From: an uncultured Oscillospiraceae bacterium | GTDB taxonomy: Bacteria > Bacillota > Clostridia > Oscillospirales > Oscillospiraceae | Assembly (NCBI GenBank): GCA_947626845.1 | Contig: CANQTW010000009.1 | Location: forward strand, 1,850 to 65,849 | Direction: 5' to 3' | Length of the DNA: 64,000 nucleotides | Part shown: in pieces, positions 48,566-57,449 of the stretch | Layout of the letters: every line of letters begins with the position of its first letter | Position numbering within the stretch: the stretch's first letter is position 1 | Program-made: the position numbers and the translations under genes | Notes under the pieces: generated by a model | Told to the model about the DNA's origin: nothing | The model's input: the letters and a program-made list of their open reading frames with translations, nothing else | The model's database searches: none

Positions 48566-51384
48566 TATTTCGTGACCTTCCTGACGGCGATTTTGGCGGC
48601 CCGCTTGGCGGCGTAAGGCAGGATGTATTTGAACTTCTCCTCGGCCTTCACCATATGGGTGCATTCGGGCCTGTCCCTGTGGAGGTGGATGGCGTCAAAG
48701 CCGCACCTGGTCGTGCAGACGCCGCAGCCGATACACTTGTTGGGGTCCACCACCGCGGCCCCACAGCCCAGGCACCGGGCGGTCTCGATGCGGACCTGCT
48801 CCTCGGTGAGGGTGACGGAGGCGTCCCGGAAGGGGGACTTGCTCCTGTCCACGCCCTCCCGCTGGCGGGAGGAGTTGTCATAGCTCTCCACGGAGATATT
48901 GTCCTTGTCAAGCTCGATGAACTCCCACCTGTTGCGGCCAATGGTCATGTTGGCGTTGTGGACATAGCGGTGCAGGGACTCGGCGGCCCAGTGGCCCTGG
49001 GCAATGGCGTCGATGGCGAACTTGGGGCCGGTATACACGTCGCCGCCCACAAAGATATCGGGCTGAGCGGTCTGGAAGGTCAGGCTGTCCGCCTCCGGAT
49101 ACCCCCCGCGGCCCAGCTTGACGGCGGTATCCTTCAGCATGTCGCCCCACTGGACGCACTGGCCGATGGCGAAGATGACCCTGTCGCACTTGACGGTGAT
49201 TGTTTCGTTCTCGTCGTACTTGGGGGCGAATTTTCCCTTGCCCTCGTAGACGTCCACGCACTTTTTGAAGACGATGCCGGTGACCTTGCCGTCCTCGGTG
49301 AGGATTTCCCTGGGGCCCCAGCCGTTGTGGATGGAGACGCCGTCATCCAGGGCCTCCTGGGCCTCCTCGTTGGAGCAGGGCATCTCCTTTGGCCCCTCCA
49401 GGCAGTACATAGCCACGGATTTGGCCCCTGAACGGGCGCTGACGCGGGCCGCGTCCACGGCCACGTTGCCGCCGCCCACCACCACGACGGACCCCTTGAA
49501 GGGCTTATCGCCGCAGTTGGCCTCCCGCAGATAGTCAATGGCGGTGACGCACCCCTCGGCCCCCTGTCCGGGCACGCCGGGGAGCCTGCCGCCGGAACAG
49601 CCAATGGCGATATAGAAAGCCTTGTAGCCCTGCTCCCGCAGCTGCGGGATGGTCACGTCTTTTCCCACCTCGACGCCGGTCCTGATCTCCACGCCCAGCT
49701 CGCGGATGACGTCGATCTCGGCTTTGACCAGGTCCTTCTCCAGCTTGTAGGAGGGGATGCCGTACTGGAGCATACCGCCGGGAAGCTGTTCCTTCTCAAA
49801 CACCGTGGGCTTGTAGCCGGTGACGGCCAGATAGTAGGCCGCCGAAAGCCCCGCGGGGCCGGCGCCGATAATGGCGATCTTGTCCTCAAAATGATCCATA
49901 TGGATGCTGGCGGGGATGACCACTTCGGGCACGTATCTGGTCTCGGCCTTCAAATCCTGCTCGGCGATGAAGCGCTTCACCGCGTCAATGGCCACGGGGT
50001 CGTCCACGGTGCCGCGGGTGCAGGCGTCCTCGCACCGGCGGTTGCACACATGCCCGCACACAGCCGGGAAGGGGTTCTGGCGCTTGATGAGCTCCAGGGC
50101 CTCCCGGTACTTGCCCTGGGCGGCCTTTTTGAGGTAGCCCTGGACGGCGATATGGGCCGGACAGGCAGTCTTGCAGGGGGCGGTGCCGGTCTCGTGGCAG
50201 TTGATCCTGTTGTGGTCCCGATACTCCGGGTCCCACTTGTCCGGTCCCCACTTTGTCTCGTCGGGCAGCTCATGACGGGGATATTCGATCTCCCTGCCCT
50301 CTTTGTCGCAGAGCTTCTGGCCCAGCTTCAACGCGCCGGCGGGGCATTTCTCCACGCATCTTCCGCAGGCCACGCAGTTTTCCTTCTCCACGTGGGCCAC
50401 ATAGGCCGAGCGGGACAGGTTGGGGGTGTTAAAAAGCTGGGACGTCCGCAGGGCGTTGCAGATTTGGACGTTGCAGTTGCAGATGGCGAAAATCTTGTTC
50501 TCACCGTCGATGTTGGTGACCTGGTGGACGAAGCCGTTGTCCTCGGCCCGTTTCAGGATGGCCATGGCCTCGTCATAGGTGATGTCCCGGCCCTTGCCGG
50601 TCTCCCGACAGTAGTCGGCGAAGTCCCCCAGGCCGATGCACCAGCCGTACTGGTCATCGGCACAACCGTCCCCCAGGACCTTCCGAGAGGCACGGCAGGA
50701 GCACTGCCCCACGCCGATATGGCCCTCGTATTTCTTGAGCCAGTAAGAGATATGCTCCAGGTCCACGGACTGGTTCTCCATGTCGATGGCCTTCTCCACC
50801 GGGATCACGTGCATACCGATGCCGCCGCCTCCCGGAGGCACCATCTGGGTGATCCCCGCCAGGGGTATGTAGGTCATGCGCTCAAAGAAGGAGGCCACGT
50901 CCGGGTGATCCCGCAGGCGCGGGTTGTCATAGTGCTTCCCGTCGGCGGTCTTTTCCTCCATGTTGAGGAGCTCGGCGATGCCGGGGACGAAGATGGGCAG
51001 CATGTACCGGCGCTCAGAGGGCGGCGCGGTGCGTCCGTCGTGGTCGTAGTGGTCGCCGTAATCGTACTCCAAAAGGCCCACGTAGGCCATTTCCTCTAAG
51101 AGCTTTTCAAAGTCTCCCCGCTTGTCCTCCGTGACGGCGCAGAGCTTCACCAGCTCGTCCACGGTGTAGTGCTCCCGCAGCTTCATCTTCAGGGCCACGT
51201 CGGCCATCTCGTCGGTGATCAGCTCCGCAAGGCCCCAGTATTCCGGGTCCTCCACCTTCACGCCGCCTATCTTGTGGGCGGCCACGTCGGTGATCTTTTT
51301 CCCCAGCTTGACGATCTTCTCGCGGGCGGGCTTTTCCCCCTTGTGGTTGGCCGGCCAGTTTTCGTATACGCTTGTCATATCCAC
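48565..51384 (-). CDS. large Fe-S flavoprotein: Cys-rich N-terminal module, 4Fe-4S ferredoxin, GltD-like FAD/NAD(P) oxidoreductase, C-terminal 2x[4Fe-4S]
   Basis: Motifs QCSCRASRKV..ICNCNVQICN, CVACGRCVEKCP, CGHVCNRRCEDAC, IIGAGPAGL, VVVGGGNVA and CLGCG..CIGCGVCTTRC. GTG at 51384 follows GGAGG by 8 nt; ATG at 51378 is the alternative start. Confidence 0.8.
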   Translation of the reverse strand: MDMTSVYENWPANHKGEKPAREKIVKLGKKITDVAAHKIGGVKVEDPEYWGLAELITDEMADVALKMKLREHYTVDELVKLCAVTEDKRGDFEKLLEEMAYVGLLEYDYGDHYDHDGRTAPPSERRYMLPIFVPGIAELLNMEEKTADGKHYDNPRLRDHPDVASFFERMTYIPLAGITQMVPPGGGGIGMHVIPVEKAIDMENQSVDLEHISYWLKKYEGHIGVGQCSCRASRKVLGDGCADDQYGWCIGLGDFADYCRETGKGRDITYDEAMAILKRAEDNGFVHQVTNIDGENKIFAICNCNVQICNALRTSQLFNTPNLSRSAYVAHVEKENCVACGRCVEKCPAGALKLGQKLCDKEGREIEYPRHELPDETKWGPDKWDPEYRDHNRINCHETGTAPCKTACPAHIAVQGYLKKAAQGKYREALELIKRQNPFPAVCGHVCNRRCEDACTRGTVDDPVAIDAVKRFIAEQDLKAETRYVPEVVIPASIHMDHFEDKIAIIGAGPAGLSAAYYLAVTGYKPTVFEKEQLPGGMLQYGIPSYKLEKDLVKAEIDVIRELGVEIRTGVEVGKDVTIPQLREQGYKAFYIAIGCSGGRLPGVPGQGAEGCVTAIDYLREANCGDKPFKGSVVVVGGGNVAVDAARVSARSGAKSVAMYCLEGPKEMPCSNEEAQEALDDGVSIHNGWGPREILTEDGKVTGIVFKKCVDVYEGKGKFAPKYDENETITVKCDRVIFAIGQCVQWGDMLKDTAVKLGRGGYPEADSLTFQTAQPDIFVGGDVYTGPKFAIDAIAQGHWAAESLHRYVHNANMTIGRNRWEFIELDKDNISVESYDNSSRQREGVDRSKSPFRDASVTLTEEQVRIETARCLGCGAAVVDPNKCIGCGVCTTRCGFDAIHLHRDRPECTHMVKAEEKFKYILPYAAKRAAKIAVRKVTK

Positions 51385-51398
51385 GGCTTTTTCCTCCC

Positions 51399-52067
51399 TT
51401 ATTCTTTCCAAAGCTTTACCTGCTCCCGGAGCCATCCGGCCCACTCGTCCACGCCCTCTCCCGTTTTGGCGCAGACGGGGATGATCTTGGCCTCCGGATT
51501 GCGCGCCAGGATGTTTTTCCGGCACTTGTCCATATCAAAATCAAAATACGGCAGTACGTCCACCTTGTTGATGAGCACCACGTCGCAGACGGAGAACATC
51601 AGCGGGTACTTGAGCGGCTTGTCATCCCCCTCCGGCACCGAGAGGATCATGGCGTTTTTGCTGGCGCCGGTGTCAAATTCCGCGGGACACACTAAGTTCC
51701 CCACGTTCTCCAGGATCGCCAGGTCCAGGTCGCCGGTCTCCAGGCCCTCCAGGCCCTGGGCCGTCATATCCGCGTCCAGGTGGCACATGCCGCCGGTGTG
51801 GAGCTGGATGGCCCTGGCGCCGGTCTTAGCGATGCGCTCCGCGTCCACATCCGAGTCGATGTCCGCCTCCATGACGCCGATCTTCAGCTCCCCGCCCAGG
51901 CGCTCAATGGTCCTGGTGAGCAGCGTGGTCTTCCCCGCCCCCGGCGAGGACATGAGATTTAAGAGAAACAGCTTTTTCTCCCGGAGACGCCGCCGCAGCG
52001 CCTCCGCCCGCCGGTCATTGCCGGCAAAGACGTTCTGTTTGACCTCCAGGATACGAAAGTCCCCCAT
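51399..52067 (-). CDS. hypB: nickel-inserting GTPase HypB
   Basis: P-loop SSPGAGKTT and ENVGNLVCP. ATG at 52067 fits the predicted promoter and RBS GGGGGTG better than the ATG at 52088. Confidence 0.85.
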   Translation of the reverse strand: MGDFRILEVKQNVFAGNDRRAEALRRRLREKKLFLLNLMSSPGAGKTTLLTRTIERLGGELKIGVMEADIDSDVDAERIAKTGARAIQLHTGGMCHLDADMTAQGLEGLETGDLDLAILENVGNLVCPAEFDTGASKNAMILSVPEGDDKPLKYPLMFSVCDVVLINKVDVLPYFDFDMDKCRKNILARNPEAKIIPVCAKTGEGVDEWAGWLREQVKLWKE

Positions 52068-52100
52068 AGGAACACCCCCAAACGACATTTTCTGTATCCC

Positions 52101-52129
52101 AGTATACCGGCTTTTGTGGATTTTGTCAA
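52101..52129 (-). promoter_or_regulatory. promoter of the hypB operon
   Basis: Minus strand: TTGACA - 17 nt - TATACT. Confidence 0.5.
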
Positions 52130-52158
52130 ACATATCTCCGAAAAAATCAAAAATATTC

Positions 52159-52187
52159 TTGAATCCGCACAATTAATGTGATAAAAT
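52159..52187 (+). promoter_or_regulatory. promoter of the nitroreductase gene
   Basis: TTGAAT - 17 nt - TGaTAAAAT. Confidence 0.45.
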
Positions 52188-52215
52188 TTGTTTTCTGAGG
52201 AAAGGAGCTGTTGGT

Positions 52216-52968
52216 ATGACAGAATTTGAAGCGCTGGAAAAAAGGATCTCCGTGCGGGCCTATGAGAAAAGGCCCTTGGCGCCTGAGACCGCGGCGGAGC
52301 TTCAGGCGGCGGTGGACGAGTGCAACGCCGCGGCGGGACTCCACTTTCAGCTGATCGATCAAAACGCCGCCAAAAAGCCGGCGGTGAAGCTCGCCCCCGG
52401 CATGTTCTCCGGGGAGGTCTACACCTGCGCCCTGCTGGTGGGGCCGGAGGGCGCGCTGGGCGGCGAGATGGTGGGCTATTTCAGCGAAAAACTGATCTTG
52501 AAGGCCGTGGCGCTGGGACTGGGCACCTGCTGGGTGGCGGGGACCTTTGACCGCAAGTCCGTGACGCCGGAGCTGGGAGAGGGCGAAAAGCTCTGGGGCG
52601 TCGTGCCTATCGGGTACGCCGCGGAGAAGGTCCCCCTCCTCCAGCGCACCATCCGTTCCCGTATTCGGGCAAAGGACCGGAAAACGGAGGACTTTGTGGA
52701 GTCGGATTACCCCTACGCCTCCCTCCCCGCGTGGGTGCGGGCCGGCGCGGAGGCGGTGAAGGCCGGCCCCTCGGCGGTGAACCAGCAGCCGGTGAACATC
52801 GTCTACAAGGGGGGCCTTGTCACCACGCGCCTGTGGAAGGAGAAGAAAAACGAGATGATGTACAACGACCTGGGCATCGCGAAATATCAGTTCCAGGTGG
52901 GCGCGGAAAACGCCGGTGTGCGCGGCTTTTGGAATTTTGGCGAGGACGGGGAATTTATCGCGGAATGA
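52216..52968 (+). CDS. nitroreductase-family protein
   Basis: N-terminus RISVRAY..; nitroreductase-like fold by recall. Confidence 0.75.
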   Translation: MTEFEALEKRISVRAYEKRPLAPETAAELQAAVDECNAAAGLHFQLIDQNAAKKPAVKLAPGMFSGEVYTCALLVGPEGALGGEMVGYFSEKLILKAVALGLGTCWVAGTFDRKSVTPELGEGEKLWGVVPIGYAAEKVPLLQRTIRSRIRAKDRKTEDFVESDYPYASLPAWVRAGAEAVKAGPSAVNQQPVNIVYKGGLVTTRLWKEKKNEMMYNDLGIAKYQFQVGAENAGVRGFWNFGEDGEFIAE

Positions 52969-53131
52969 ACGGGGATTTCGACTGACCGGCTCCGCCTGTT
53001 GAAAGGATAATTCTGGTAATTCCCGCTTCTCTTGTCGTCATTTGTCGAACGGTTTTTCTGGAAATTTGTAATGTATTGTGCCATAATAGGGACAATCCAT
53101 TTAATGGTATTTTCAGGGAGGCGGTTTATCC

Positions 53132-53416
53132 ATGTCAGCGCGTTTTACAAAGCTATGTGAAAGCCGGATCGGTTCCGTGAAGATCACCTATTCTTTAGCG
53201 GAATGTGAAGTGGATACCGGCGAGGGCGTTTTCCACCGCTACGGCGCGGCCATTGAGACGGGCCAGGGCGAACGGGCGGCGTACCCGGACATTTTCGGGG
53301 AGCGGGAAGCCGCGGAGGCCTTTGTCCGAGAGCTGGCCCGCGGCCTTGTGACGCCCGCGACGCTTTTCGATATCGTCAGCGACAGGCTGTACGCTATGGA
53401 GGAGGATCGCGCGTAA
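53132..53416 (+). CDS. small hypothetical protein (94 aa)
   Basis: ORF with RBS AGGGAGG. No motif recognised. Confidence 0.45.
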   Translation: MSARFTKLCESRIGSVKITYSLAECEVDTGEGVFHRYGAAIETGQGERAAYPDIFGEREAAEAFVRELARGLVTPATLFDIVSDRLYAMEEDRA

Positions 53417-53572
53417 AACAGCGGGCCGCCGTTTAATACGCGGCGGAGCCGCAACCGTTTTGCGGTGGACAATGTGGGAATTCGATGGACAGGTGCGTTG
53501 TACGAAATGCGATGGAAAAAGCGTGTTCCGCAACGACGCCGGCGGCCCATTGGTGAACGCCCTTTGCGGCTT

Positions 53573-54907
53573 TCATTCTCCTTTCCCGCCGAGCTTTATG
53601 GCGACGGTGGTCATAAGCTCCGGGGTGGGGTCGCTGTGTACCGATATGAACACGATCCTGCCGCCGTAGAGGAGCAGCCAGTCGTTCAGCGGCTCCCCCT
53701 GCCAATCTCTTTGGAACGCCCTGTCGGCGCTCCAGGGGGCGGAATCCGCCTCCAGATAATGCTCTCCGTCCACTGTGCCGTCCTCCTCCAAATCCCGCAG
53801 TACGAGATTGCGGAGGGGATCGACCAGGAACGGGAGCTTTACCTCATAGAGGGTATATTCGAGGCTGTCGCCGGGGACCTTAAATTGCGTAACGGACAGG
53901 CAGGTGAGAATCGGGCTTCCGTCCCGCCGGATGGACTCCTGGTAGTCGGTTCCCTCATAGAGGTCCGTGAAGGTCAGGGGCAAATTCTCCGGGTCCTCCC
54001 GCAGAAGGTCATCGGAAAAATATCCCAGGGCGACGGTCAGCGTCCCCATCACCATCACCACGGAGAGCACGATGGCAGTCCCGAAGGTGGCCAGCATGGT
54101 GGCGGTTCTGGAGGCATGGCGGCGCATCATGAGCTTTCGGACCTTCCAGGATATGAAAATGGCCGCGGCCATCAGCACCAGCATCAGCGCCACCACAAGT
54201 CCGTACAGCCTTCCCCCGTAGAGGAACGAGGAGTACAGCGAGCAGATCAGCAGAGCCAGGGTCAGTATCAGCATCAGGGCGTTGAAGTGCCGGTGGCCCG
54301 CCGAGGGAATCAGCGTCCCCGTCTCCCGCGCCGCCCTCCTGGCGCGGCAGAGCCAGAGGAAGTAGGCCGCCAGCTCCACGGCGGCGTACAGCAGCACCAG
54401 GAGGTTTGCCGCCAGGCTGAAAAAACCGCTCCCGTCGGCCAGAAACGTCAGGGGGAACGCGATGGGGTTCAGATGCCGGTTGGCCATGATCTCCAGAACC
54501 CCGATGCCCAGGATCAGCCAGAACAGCGGCAGGTACATCCGCTTGGCCGCCCGGTGGATGGTCTCCACCTCCAGCGCCGGGTCCGTCTCGATGGGGATTG
54601 GGTCAGGCCGCTCGTTGTAGAACACCTGCATCTGGGCGTTGGTGGCGGCCAGGCGCCAGCCGGTGCGCTGGCAGAAGTCGATAAATTCCCTCTGCTCCTC
54701 CCCCGGCTCCGGGTCGAAGGCCGAGGCACGGGCGAAATAGGAGACGGCGAAGGCGCGCTCCTTCGGCTCCACGCGCCGGTAGACCCAGGTAAAGGGGGCC
54801 GTCCCCTCCACCAGCCAGCCGCGCCGGGCCATTTTGGTAAAATGCCGCGTGTAGGCGTCGTAGTCGTAAAGGGAATAGGGCAAAAAATCGCGCTTTTTGT
54901 CTTTCAT
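53573..54907 (-). CDS. DUF2812-family membrane protein
   Basis: Start MKDKKRDFLPYSLYDYDAYTRHF overlaps the padR stop (ATGA). This is the typical PadR-DUF2812 pair. Several TM helices. Confidence 0.7.
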   Translation of the reverse strand: MKDKKRDFLPYSLYDYDAYTRHFTKMARRGWLVEGTAPFTWVYRRVEPKERAFAVSYFARASAFDPEPGEEQREFIDFCQRTGWRLAATNAQMQVFYNERPDPIPIETDPALEVETIHRAAKRMYLPLFWLILGIGVLEIMANRHLNPIAFPLTFLADGSGFFSLAANLLVLLYAAVELAAYFLWLCRARRAARETGTLIPSAGHRHFNALMLILTLALLICSLYSSFLYGGRLYGLVVALMLVLMAAAIFISWKVRKLMMRRHASRTATMLATFGTAIVLSVVMVMGTLTVALGYFSDDLLREDPENLPLTFTDLYEGTDYQESIRRDGSPILTCLSVTQFKVPGDSLEYTLYEVKLPFLVDPLRNLVLRDLEEDGTVDGEHYLEADSAPWSADRAFQRDWQGEPLNDWLLLYGGRIVFISVHSDPTPELMTTVAIKLGGKGE

Positions 54908-55203
54908 GGTTGATCCTCCTCTCCGAAAATGCGTCGGTAGTCCTCCGCCTGGGCCTGGATACGCCGGTATTCCCGCGCCAGCGCCTCCCGGCCGGCCTCC
55001 GTCAGGATATAGCTGCGGCGGCGGCCCTCTACCCTGGTCTCCCGTATCCAGCCCACCGCGCAAAACTGCTCTAAGAGCGTATAGAGCGTCCCGGAGCCCA
55101 CGTTGACGGCCCCGCCGGTCATCTCCGGCACACGGTCCAGGATATCCATCCCGCAGCACTCGGACTTCAGGCACAGAAGCGTATAGAACATCTGCTCGGT
55201 CAT
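54904..55203 (-). CDS. PadR-family transcriptional regulator
   Basis: Winged HTH (YTLLCL..GMDI...GTLYTLLEQF...GWI). Confidence 0.85.
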   Translation of the reverse strand: MTEQMFYTLLCLKSECCGMDILDRVPEMTGGAVNVGSGTLYTLLEQFCAVGWIRETRVEGRRRSYILTEAGREALAREYRRIQAQAEDYRRIFGEEDQP

Positions 55204-55245
55204 AGTCTGGAATTTCGCTCTCGGCACGGACTCGTCTCCCCTATT

Positions 55246-55299
55246 CTCGATATTCGAGTTTCTATGGTGTATTATAATCTCGATTATCGAGATTGTCAA
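55246..55299 (-). promoter_or_regulatory. padR promoter with palindromic operators
   Basis: Minus strand: TTGACA - ATCTCGATAATCGAGAT - TATAAT. A second related site, CTCGAATATCGAG, lies downstream. Confidence 0.65.
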
Positions 55300-55359
55300 G
55301 AGAAAAAAGCGGGAAACCGTGAAAAAGTTTCCCGCTGTGTTTTGTATGGCCGCTCCGGG

Positions 55360-57372
55360 TCAGCCGGCGATTTTTTGGGCGCGGCGGATGAGGTAAGCGG
55401 ACAGCGCCGGCATGATGACGGCGGCGCCCCATACGGGGAGCACGCCGAATACGCCAAGGAGCGCGGTCAGCGCCTGGATCGCCAGGCTCACCAGGAAGCC
55501 GGAGGTGATGTTCTGCCGCACGAGCCTGGCGTCACGCAAAAAGCGCGGCAGGGGCGTCAAAAGCCCGTCGGAGAGGATGATATCGGGGTAGTTGGCGGTG
55601 GAGTCGTCCCCCACCCCTAAGGTGACGCTGATGTTGGCCAGCTCCAGCAGCTCCCGCTCGTTTCCGGCGCGGGTGACGAAGGCGGCCCTGTCGTTTTGGT
55701 CCTGGGTGTTCTGGATGTACTGGAGCCGCTCTATCTTGTCGGCGGGCCGGCAGTCGGAGTAGACCTCGGAGATGTCCAGCCTTCGGCCCACGTTGGTGGA
55801 GGCCAGGGCGTTGTCGCCGGTCATGAGGGCGATGTTGTCCACGCCCGCCTTGCGCAGATCGCGGGCGATGTTGGCGGCGTCGGGCCTGAGATCGTCGGCA
55901 AAGTCGATCCGGCCCACGCAGACCTTGTCCACGCAGACGAAAACGCACGTTCCGCCGGGGACGAAGAGGTTCCCCCTGACGCCAAGCTTCTCCATGAAGT
56001 CGATGTTGCCGACGCCCACAATGGTGCCGTCGTCCAGGCGCACCAGGCTCCCGTAGCCCAGCTCCACGCGCTGGCGCTCGATGCGGGATTTCTCCGGCAC
56101 GATCCCCGACTCGCGGCGGATCACACGGTTCAGGGGGTGCTCGGAATAGGCCCCCGCCTGGACCGCCAGATAGAGGAGCTGGCTCTCGCTGATCCTGACG
56201 GGGTCCAGGTTGGTGATCCTGTACGCGCCGTCGGTGAGGGTGCCGGCCTTGTTGAAGATGACGCTGGTGACGTCGGCGCAGGCGCTGACCGTCCCAAGGC
56301 CGGAAATCCAGGCGCCGGAAGAATAAGCCCGCTCCACGGCGCTGGCATAGGCCAAAATGACCGCAAGCTCGCCGCCGCAGGCGCAGGCGGCGACGATCAC
56401 GGCGGCGCGGGCCAGCCATTTGGAGAAGAGGGCGCTGTTGATAAGGCCGGGGATCAGCGCGCACAGCACCGCCAGCACAAGGGCGGCCACCAGCACAAGC
56501 AGGCGGGCGCCGCGGAGGTCCATGGCGGCCTTGATCCGGCCATTCTCAAGCTCGTCCACACAGGCGGAAAGACGTCTCTCACGACTGGGGTCGATGCCGT
56601 CCAGGCGGGCATAGAGCCGGTCCATCACGTTCTCCAGCGCCCGGTGGGCCAGACGGTCCGTGACGGCGTAGAGGGCGTTGAAGATGACGGCGCACAGCGC
56701 CGCGGCCACAAGCTCATGGGCCGCCGCCGTCAACAGCACCGCCAGGAGCATGACCATGGCGGGACCGTGGCGGGAGCTGTCCCGCAGGCGGATCACCGTC
56801 CAGACAAGCAGGGGGACGCACCCCACCGCCAGTCCGGCCAGCACAAAGACGCTCCAGGCCGGGTCGGGGATGTCCGGCACCACGGCGACCCCCACCAGGG
56901 CGGCGGAGATCAGCGAGGTCAGCAGGACGAGGATGACCTTGCCGGTAAAAAGGCCGCTCCGGCGCGGCTCCTCCCCCTCCGTTTCGGACGCTTCGTCACC
57001 GGGTTCGGGGCTCTCGCCATCGCCGCGGGGCGGTTCCTCCTCCCCCGCCGGCTGTTCCTCCTCTGTCGGTTGTTCCTCCCCTGCCGGCTCCTCGCCGGCG
57101 GATTCCTCCTGGTCGGAGAAAGCAAAGGTGAAGTCCGGCTTGGCCGGCTCCTCCGCGCCTTCCTCCGCTCCCTCCGTGGCATCGTCTCCGGCGGGGCCGG
57201 CGGGTTCCGGCTCTTTGGTCCTGAGCGCCGCCGGCGCTTCAGGCGCGGCGGGCTCCGCCTCCATAGGGGCGGACGGGCCGTTCTGGTCATGGTATTCCTT
57301 CAGGATATCGTCCACGGTGAGACGGGAGGCCTCCGCCTCCTCCGGGATTCTGTCAAGCTCGTTCTCTTTCAC
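55360..57372 (-). CDS. degenerate P1B-type ATPase homologue (catalytic Asp replaced, no actuator domain, acidic N-terminal region)
   Basis: Colinear with heavy-metal ATPases (SEHPL, MTGDN, TM helices). However DKTGT reads NKAGT, GDGINDAPAL reads TRAGNERELL, and no TGES domain is present. GTG at 57372 follows AGGTGG. Confidence 0.7.
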   Translation of the reverse strand: MKENELDRIPEEAEASRLTVDDILKEYHDQNGPSAPMEAEPAAPEAPAALRTKEPEPAGPAGDDATEGAEEGAEEPAKPDFTFAFSDQEESAGEEPAGEEQPTEEEQPAGEEEPPRGDGESPEPGDEASETEGEEPRRSGLFTGKVILVLLTSLISAALVGVAVVPDIPDPAWSVFVLAGLAVGCVPLLVWTVIRLRDSSRHGPAMVMLLAVLLTAAAHELVAAALCAVIFNALYAVTDRLAHRALENVMDRLYARLDGIDPSRERRLSACVDELENGRIKAAMDLRGARLLVLVAALVLAVLCALIPGLINSALFSKWLARAAVIVAACACGGELAVILAYASAVERAYSSGAWISGLGTVSACADVTSVIFNKAGTLTDGAYRITNLDPVRISESQLLYLAVQAGAYSEHPLNRVIRRESGIVPEKSRIERQRVELGYGSLVRLDDGTIVGVGNIDFMEKLGVRGNLFVPGGTCVFVCVDKVCVGRIDFADDLRPDAANIARDLRKAGVDNIALMTGDNALASTNVGRRLDISEVYSDCRPADKIERLQYIQNTQDQNDRAAFVTRAGNERELLELANISVTLGVGDDSTANYPDIILSDGLLTPLPRFLRDARLVRQNITSGFLVSLAIQALTALLGVFGVLPVWGAAVIMPALSAYLIRRAQKIAG

Positions 57373-57449
57373 ACGCTCACCACCTGCGAAAAAATGAAGC
57401 GGGCGACCGGCCCCCGAAGAAGGGGTCACGGCCGCCGCGGGATCGCTTT

